Below are positions 55,947-64,000 of a stretch of DNA of 64,000 bases, one piece after another. Numbering within the stretch: position 1 is the stretch's first letter; each line of letters starts with the position of its first letter. Both the position numbers and the translations under genes were made by a program. The notes beneath the pieces are model-generated. The model made no database searches. It saw nothing but the letters and a program-made list of their open reading frames with translations, and was not told where the DNA came from. The stretch spans positions 76,508,001-76,572,000 of the forward strand of contig OZ024747.1 in NCBI GenBank assembly GCA_964016885.1, in the 5' to 3' direction. Source of the DNA: Eledone cirrhosa (lineage: Eukaryota).

Positions 55947-55981
<35 letters not shown>
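55075..55981. repeat. About 900-bp (TA)n microsatellite interrupted by TG
   Basis: Direct inspection; largest of dozens of TA/CA/GA tracts. Confidence 0.97.
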
Positions 55982-56065
55982 GGTTATACTTGGGGAGGGT
56001 CATATTTGCGTAATATTGCCAGAATTAATAACAGAACACACTCGCTAAACTAATATATATATATG

Positions 56066-56176
<111 letters not shown>

Positions 56177-56718
56177 ATGTATGCATAAACACAATAAGAA
56201 GTGCGCCAAGCAGTCGTAGTGTACGATAAAGCTATATCTGAATATATATATATACTGATTGGGTAACCGAAACTACTGGAATGTATGTATAGATATACAC
56301 ATTTGAATCTACTGACAACGTTGACTCTTCTGATAGGTGTCAAACACTCTCTATCTACCTAGATTTCTCTCACAAGGCCTGGGATCGAACACTGGACCTA
56401 CAGATTGTGACCCGACGAATTTCTTACCGATTAGATTATGGTGCATCTACCCGTTCTATTTTATTAAAAAAGGGAAGGAGGCACTATATATGTTCTCAAG
56501 AACATATTAAATATCGAGAAAGAGATATGGAGAAAAATAGATCCCAGTAGTGTATTGGTATTTTATAAATCAACGTTGAATGTACGGTTGAATTCGGCGG
56601 GATTTCCGCACCAAGTACACAGGGTTTGATAGGATACCGCGAAGAATCGTATCTGATGTTCCAGGAAGTCTGGCAATTCGCCACTATTATATGTATGGAA
56701 ATATATATATATATATAT

Positions 56719-56781
<63 letters not shown>

Positions 56782-56849
56782 TTAATATATATATATATAT
56801 ATATATTAATACAATTAATTATATATCTATGCACAAATACCCGTATATT

Positions 56850-56901
<52 letters not shown>

Positions 56902-57320
56902 CATGTGTGTGAGTAAGTGTGTGTGTGTTGATATATATATATATGTGTGTACGTTAGGCAGAGAGGTGGCAAATGAGTTGGTCTATTAACTAATTCGACA
57001 GACTGAAGCAGAATTATTACAGAAAGATCGAGAGTTAGATCGATAGACAGACTAAGACAGAGATAGGTAGAGAGAGAGAGAGAGAGAGAGTCAGGCAGAC
57101 CGACAGAAATATAGATAGAGAGGGAGAGAGGGTGAGATAGATAGAGAGAGAGAAAGAGAGAGAGAGTGTGTGTGTGTGAGTCATAAATAATTGATATATA
57201 TATACATTATATGTATATATACAGAGAGAGAGTGCGAGTCAGCCAGACCGACAGAAATATAGATAAACAGAGTGTAATAGATAGATAGAGAGAGAGTGTG
57301 TGTGTGTGTGAGTGATGGAT

Positions 57321-57381
<61 letters not shown>

Positions 57382-58587
57382 GAGAGAGAGAGAGAGAATC
57401 AGGCAGCCTGGTAGACAGATAGATAGATAGTGATAAGACCAGATGTTTTCAGCTGAACGTTCAAAGACAATTCCTAGCTGCTCTGTTTGTAGCTACAATA
57501 GCCAAGTGTAGCCATCTGTGGGCAAATGTCCGCTAGCTAACGCAACTCTCCATGCATTTCCATACAACTTCAATGAAAGCTAAGCTATTCAATTCTGTAT
57601 TATAATTAATCAGCCAGAAGGCTGATCTGATTCATCAGTTATTCGTCTGTAACAGTGTGCTGTAGACATATATACCTGCTGTACAAATGATATCATATCT
57701 CTTTCTTTCTCTCAGCACCCCACATCTCTCTCTCTCTCTCTCTCTCTTCCCCCTTCTCTCTCTGTAAATATATTTATGCTTGCATATACACGCACACACA
57801 CCCATGAATATATGTATACAAATATGTGTGTGTGCGCGCGTGTGTGTGTATGATTGTGTGTGTGTGTATACCACTCTATTTTCACGCTTTCTACCCCGTC
57901 TTCTCCAGTCTCTCTCCCTCTCTCGCTCTCTCTCTCCCTCTCACCCACTCATTATATCTCCTTTTCCTCATTTTTCTCTATGCTAATATTTATTTACACT
58001 TTCTTCATCTGTAGCAAACACTGTTGATCAATTCCTATCTCCAGTCCCACCAAACAGAGAACGCAACACGGTTTCAATTTTCGGTTTAGACCATTTCATT
58101 TCACTTATACTGAAAAATTAATTTGTGATAGATCTAATCGAAATATTTCCTACTTAACAGCCTCATCTTCACTTCTTGTTTTATTATTTTTATGAACATT
58201 TCTTTATATTTAACTAGAATGTCATTAAGGAAACGTGTGACCTGTAATTCCATCGATGATAGTTGAAAGTTTTAATGTTCCCTGTCGACACCTTGCTTGC
58301 TAATTATCCAACCTTTGGAAGTAATTAAACCAATGTATCTATTGTGACGAACGGGCAGAGTCATTAAAACGCCAGGTAGAATACTTTACAGTATTCAATT
58401 TGGCTCTGTGACCTCTGAGTTTAAATCCTGCCAATGTCAACTTTGCATTTCATTTATTCGCGATTGATAGAAAAAGTTCCAGTGAAGTACTAGGGTCAAT
58501 TCTTCTTCTATATCACTTTCTTCTTCTTTTATTTTGCCACCCTCTCTATCCTTCTCTGGGGGAAATATGCTGTAATCAGACCTGGAA

Positions 58588-58685
<98 letters not shown>

Positions 58686-59263
58686 TGCGCTAGATATACA
58701 TATACACATGTATGTATATTGTTTTATTCAAGTACAAATATAAATGGGTTGAGAGTAAATGCAACTCAGCGGTCGTTATATGGGATTAAGATTACATCAA
58801 ACGCCTTCCCGAAAGAACTCTTCCCTGGAGACGACACTAAAAATAAATTCCAGATGTAACATTCAATGAAGGGCGCAGTAAAATCCACGTGCTGAAACCG
58901 ATTGTATCCACATGTTCCTCAGTAAGGTCCTACTGCCAGGTAGATTGGGATTGATCCAGTATGTTGGGCTGGTGTGTATGTACATATGTATGATTAAGAA
59001 ATTCACTGCACTCCAAAATAAAATTACTCTAGCCTTGGAATTGAACAGTGCCTTATATGTGAATTTTATAGACAGAAAACTGCATATATATATAAATATA
59101 TATATAGTATTAAGGATACTATTTATGGTTATGTATATACTAAAACCTTTTATAGTTATATATATTTTAAACCCTAAACAGTGAAAGACAGTAATTTATT
59201 ACTACCTTATTACCAGTAAGATAAATAGCTCAATGTAATAACATCAGTTGTTCTACAGAGCAG

Positions 59264-60346
59264 TTATATAGAATTCACAGGAATCAAAGCTATGTTCAAA
59301 GCATTTATTAGCTTACAATTGTTTCATCCAAACCAAGGTTTAGAGTCTTCGGAGCATTTTTCAATGTTTGTATACATACATGACCTCATTTCCAACGCAA
59401 GGGACATACAGATACATATGTATATATTGATGCACAGAGGGGTGACATATATTATATTATTTCTGAATGGCAATTTAAATTCAAAACTTAAAATCACATT
59501 AAAACAGAATCAAAGCAAAATTAAAATTAAAATACAACATCAATGCAAATTTAAAACACAATCGGCAGTTAACGTAGATAATGCAAGAGGATAGTTTGTT
59601 AGTCAGTTGTAGTAGTTATTGTATGCATTAGTTACACGTGGGGCATGCACGTGTGTCTTATTTATATATGATTATTGTGCGGCAGGGTGTTGTATGTAAT
59701 ACAAGCACTTTAAGCGGGTAATCAAGGGTATTATGGAGGTTGTAGTGGTAAGGTATTTTTTGTATATGATAAAGGAGCTTGTGCGCAGAAAAATAGTATA
59801 AATGAGAAGCAAAGAAACATTATTTTGCTTCTCATTTATACTATTTTTCTGCGCACAAGCTCCTTTATCATATACAAAAAATACCTTACCACTACAACCT
59901 CCATAATACCCTTGATTACCCGCTTAAAGTGCTTGTATTACATATAACACCCTGCCGCACAATAATCATATATAAATAAGACACACGTGCATGCCCCACG
60001 TGTAACTAATGCATACAATAACTACTACAACTGACTAACAAACTATCCTCTTGCATTATCTACGTTAACTGCCGATTGTGTTTTAAATTTGCATTGATGT
60101 TGTATTTTAATTTTAATTTTGCTTTGATTCTGTTTTAATGTGATTTTAAGTTTTGAATTTAAATTGCCATTCAGAAATAATATAATATATGTCACTCCAC
60201 TGTACATCAATATATACATATGTATCTGTATGTCCCTTGCGTTGGAAAGGAGGTCATGTATGTATACAAACATTGAAAAATGCTCCGAAGACTCCAAGCC
60301 TCGGTTTGGATGAAACATAGCTTTGATTCCTGTGAATTCTATATAA
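59264..60346. repeat. About 1.08-kb near-perfect palindrome (arms 59264-59813 / 59824-60346), PLE-3'-end-like
   Basis: Arms are reverse complements around a 10-nt spacer, with an HHR near each outer end. Confidence 0.95.
59311..59355 (-). ncRNA. Hammerhead-like fold with U4C core
   Basis: gct-CCGAAGA-ctctaaacc tt ggtttggat-GAAA-caattg-TA-agc, followed by aataaa. Confidence 0.72.
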
Positions 60347-60475
60347 ATATATATATATATATATATACAGTTTTGCAAGAGATGTCAACATGAATGGACC
60401 TGTTATTTTTATCTAAAGACATTTTTTCCAATTCCAGCCCGCCTGGCCCCTCAATCTATCTTATTACTCATTCTT

Positions 60476-60511
60476 TCTTCTGACGAAGGACTAGCATCCG
60501 AAACCTTTAGA
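60476..60511 (+). ncRNA. Neptune-type minimal hammerhead, partly degenerate
   Basis: tctt-CTGACGA-A-gga ctagca tcc-GAAA-cc-TT-taga; followed by the family tail tcaagcgttaacctaata. Confidence 0.55.
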
Positions 60512-60592
60512 CCCTCTTCGTGCTCTATCAAGCGTTAACCTAATATATCACTTCCGTGTACTGTACCGATTGTGTTGTTATTTCTGTTTAAC

Positions 60593-60670
<78 letters not shown>

Positions 60671-60868
60671 GTGGAACACTGGAAGGTAATAGAAGAAGAA
60701 GAAGAAGAAGAAGAAGAAGAAGAAGAAGAAGAAGAAGAAGAAGAAGAAACAGGGGCTGTGTAGTTGCTGGATAAGGTGTACTTATAAATAAGAGGAAAGC
60801 ACGAAGGGGAGAATATTTTCCTTCATCAGTTGTCAGCTGGGGATCATGGATATTTCTACTCATTAAAG

Positions 60869-61024
<156 letters not shown>

Positions 61025-61087
61025 ATTTTCCGTTCCTTGCTCTTCTCACTCTTTATCTTTCTATTTCATCTTTTAGTTCTAATTCTA

Positions 61088-61123
61088 TCTTCTGATGAAG
61101 GACTAATGTCCGAACCATTAAGA
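61088..61123 (+). ncRNA. Neptune-type minimal hammerhead, A15.1 mutated
   Basis: tctt-CTGATGA-A-ggac taat gtcc-GAAC-ca-TT-aaga; same tail family as 60476, 36551 and 17890. Confidence 0.55.
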
Positions 61124-61856
61124 CTCTCTTCCTGCTATATCAAGCATTAAACTAATATATTTCTTCATTTCTTTGTTTGCTTTAATATCTGTTTACTTAT
61201 TGCATACACATACACACACACACATACACACACACATACACACACACACATACATACACATACACATACACACATATACACACTCAAGCACACACACACA
61301 CACACATATATATATATACACACACACTAATATATATATATATACATATAAGAGTGAGTGTGAGAGAGATATATGCATATATAAACGCACATAAACATTA
61401 ATAATATGCAAATTATTACGTCATCTCATATTTGCTACTGTAACTGTCAGACCTTATAAGGTCATCAATAATGTGATAGCTTCTGATTGATTTTTTATAT
61501 AGATATCTACTGATGAGATCACAATAATGGTTTAAATTCAATTAAGCGTGTTCTTTGTTTCAACCTAGAGGAAAATACGTAAGTGACATGTTTACAAGTC
61601 TTTATATTCAATGTGTAGACGATGGGCAGAGTCTTTAGAATGTCGGATAGAATGATTTGTGATATTCGTTTCGATCTCTGCTCTCTCAGTTCAAATCCCG
61701 CTGAGTTCATCTTTGCATTTCATCCATTCTAGGTTGATAAAAAAAGTACCAGTCTAGTACTGGGGTCGATTCTTCCTCTATATCTCTTTCACATTCCCAT
61801 TCTACCATTCTCCCATTCTCTCTGAACAAATGTGATTCAATCCAAAGACTCATCAA

Positions 61857-62060
61857 ACCAGTACTTATCCCCAGTTCCATTGGCCTTAATTGACTGAGAG
61901 TATAAGGCACTCTCTGGATAGGACGTCAGGCTATCACAGGTTTAACTCCACAGCTATTGCTGGTACTCATTTCATTTTCAGCTGAGTGACTGAAGCAATG
62001 TGAAATAAAGTGTTTTGCTCAAGAACATAACACACCTCCCAGTCCAGGAATCGAACCGAC
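61857..62060 (-). mobile_element. Second tRNA-derived SINE family
   Basis: B box GGTTCGATTCC followed by gttcttgagcaaaacacttta..; related copy at 31220-31338 (-). Confidence 0.7.
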
Positions 62061-63109
62061 GACACTAAAACAACAACTGGAAAATATATGAAGATAAGAT
62101 CTAAGACACCCTCATGCCTTCTAATAAGTGGTAATGGAGGTAAATCTAAACGGGAATGAAATAAAAGTCTCCTCAAGCCGGGACTTATCCTCGGTTTTCG
62201 TTGGCTTTAAGCGACAGAAGGTACAAGACTCTCCCTAGACAAGAGATCGGTCTATCGCAGTAGAAACCAATAGGTTAATATATAGTAAACAGCGTAGAAA
62301 TTTATTAAATCTGTATCAATCAGATTGTATGACAGAAATGGGAAACACAAACCACCAAAATCTAATTTTAAGCAGTAGTTGCTATTGTTACTATTTACGT
62401 TATCGTTCCTTATCAAATGTATTTCTGAATTGAATAAACATTTGTGAGCGATGCGTTGATATTAACTCGCGGGGTTGTAATGGTTATTTCTAGAATTTCA
62501 ACTTTGTCTCACGCCCACGGTGACTTACAATACCACTCTATAATTAAAAGCTCTACTACTACTACTACTACTACTGTAGAATTTAATTATCTCCAGAAAA
62601 TGCAGTAGAGAAATCCCGACATGTTTAGCTCTAATTCTGAACCTTGACCTCAACTGTGACGAGTGAATCTGTATGACCATTTACTATTGTAGAAAATTAG
62701 AATTCTTTGGCGTCTTTCAGGCATATGCCTTTGAATATACATACATAAATATCATTATTTCTGAACTGATACGAAATTAACTTCGCAAGATTGAAATAAT
62801 TGCGTTTTTGGTTACATTTTTCAAAGGTGATTTTTGCTAAGGCAAACCTTATCACGAGCTGTTTCATTGGATATTATAAATATATATTTTTATGTTCTAT
62901 CATTGACATACATATAAACCACATCCAATGACTAGCAATTATGTAAACAAGATAAAACATGGCAATAAAACTGGTCACTAGTTTTGTATTTATTTCAATT
63001 TGAAATTCATACGAATATGTTTATCAACCACAATCTTTAGTTAAAATTAAAATACTGTAGTAATAATTGCTATTAGTTTATTATTATTGTACAAATTTCT
63101 GTATAAATA

Positions 63110-63297
63110 ATTGTTTCTACGTTAGGCACAAGGCCAGCAATTAACCAGTGCATTACTGGTACTTTATTTTATCGACCCCGTAAGGATGAAAGGCAAAGTT
63201 AACCTCGGCGGGATTTGAACTCAGAATGGCAAGGGCCGTAACTCTATACGTCAAAGCATGGCGTCCAACCCTCTACCAATACTGCCAATCCACCGCC
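63110..63297 (-). mobile_element. Major SINE, full length with 17-bp flanking direct repeat
   Basis: atttctgtataaataat at 63095-63111 and 63301-63317. Confidence 0.9.
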
Positions 63298-63504
63298 ATT
63301 ATTTCTGTATAAATAATAATTGTTGTTTTAATTTGATGCATATTTTATGACTTGCATCTATTATTATTAATTTAGTGAAGGATATTTAAGATAACGTACT
63401 CTAGCCGAATTATACATTGTGTATAAATTATTAAAATATCTATTATTTTATTATTAGTCCTGTATATTTATGGAGAAATATAAGGTTGTTGTTACTGGAT
63501 TGAG

Positions 63505-63809
63505 GGTGGTGGTGGTGTTGTTGTTCTTTTTGTTGTTGTTGTTGTTGGTGGTGATGGTGGTGTTAGTGGTGGTGGAGGTGGTGGTAGTGGTGGTGGTGGT
63601 GATAAGGGTGATGGATGTTGTTCTGGTGATGGTGGTGGTGTGGTGTTAGTGGTACTGGTGGTGGTGATGGTGTTAGTGATAGTGGTGGTGTTAGTGGTAC
63701 TAATGGTGGTGCTGGTGTTAGCGGTGATGATGCTGGTGATGCTGGTGTGTATTTCATCGATTAAATAAACAATAATCACATTGTATTGTTATACATAGTT
63801 GTTGTATTG

Positions 63810-63879
<70 letters not shown>

Positions 63880-63892
63880 ACGCAGCAGTAGC

Positions 63893-63948
<56 letters not shown>

Positions 63949-63958
63949 CAGCAGTAGC

Positions 63959-63993
<35 letters not shown>
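63505..63993. repeat. (GGT)n/(GTT)n/(TAG)n low-complexity tract
   Basis: Direct inspection. Confidence 0.95.
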
Positions 63994-64000
63994 AAGGATC

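Noticed and set aside
54887-56053. Long ORFs (up to 388 aa) and the many YI/HT/CV-rich ORFs in the track
   Set aside because: Translations of stop-free TA/CA/CATA microsatellites.
57560-57645. Minus-strand CTGATGA followed by a hairpin
   Set aside because: No GAAA/UH/stem I in register.
61508-61547. CTGATGA-gatca..tggtt-TAAA candidate
   Set aside because: G12 missing and stem I weak.

Overview
AT-rich, microsatellite-saturated eukaryotic DNA. The repeat content suggests an octopus or other cephalopod (inference). No host gene could be supported, and almost every ORF in the track is translated simple repeat. Real coding remnants are retrotransposon-derived: two long 5'-truncated Penelope-like element (PLE) RT + GIY-YIG ORFs (25699-27264 +, 50244-51836 -), three smaller PLE fragments, and fragments of L1/Tx1, RTE-type and R4/Dong-type LINEs, plus many tRNA-derived SINEs. 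The hidden layer is catalytic RNA. Reading both strands by eye gives about 20 type-I hammerhead ribozyme (HHR) folds from about 10 sequence families. Most sit at PLE 3' ends or inside small non-coding foldback elements inserted in (TA)n. They include recurrent non-canonical cores (U3-A8 covariation, U4C in two unrelated families, U4A in three copies of one family) and family-specific palindromic loop-III sequences. Independent insertions show a fixed short versus tail-extended terminus about 20 nt after the cleavage site. All folds are manual predictions and their activity is untested.
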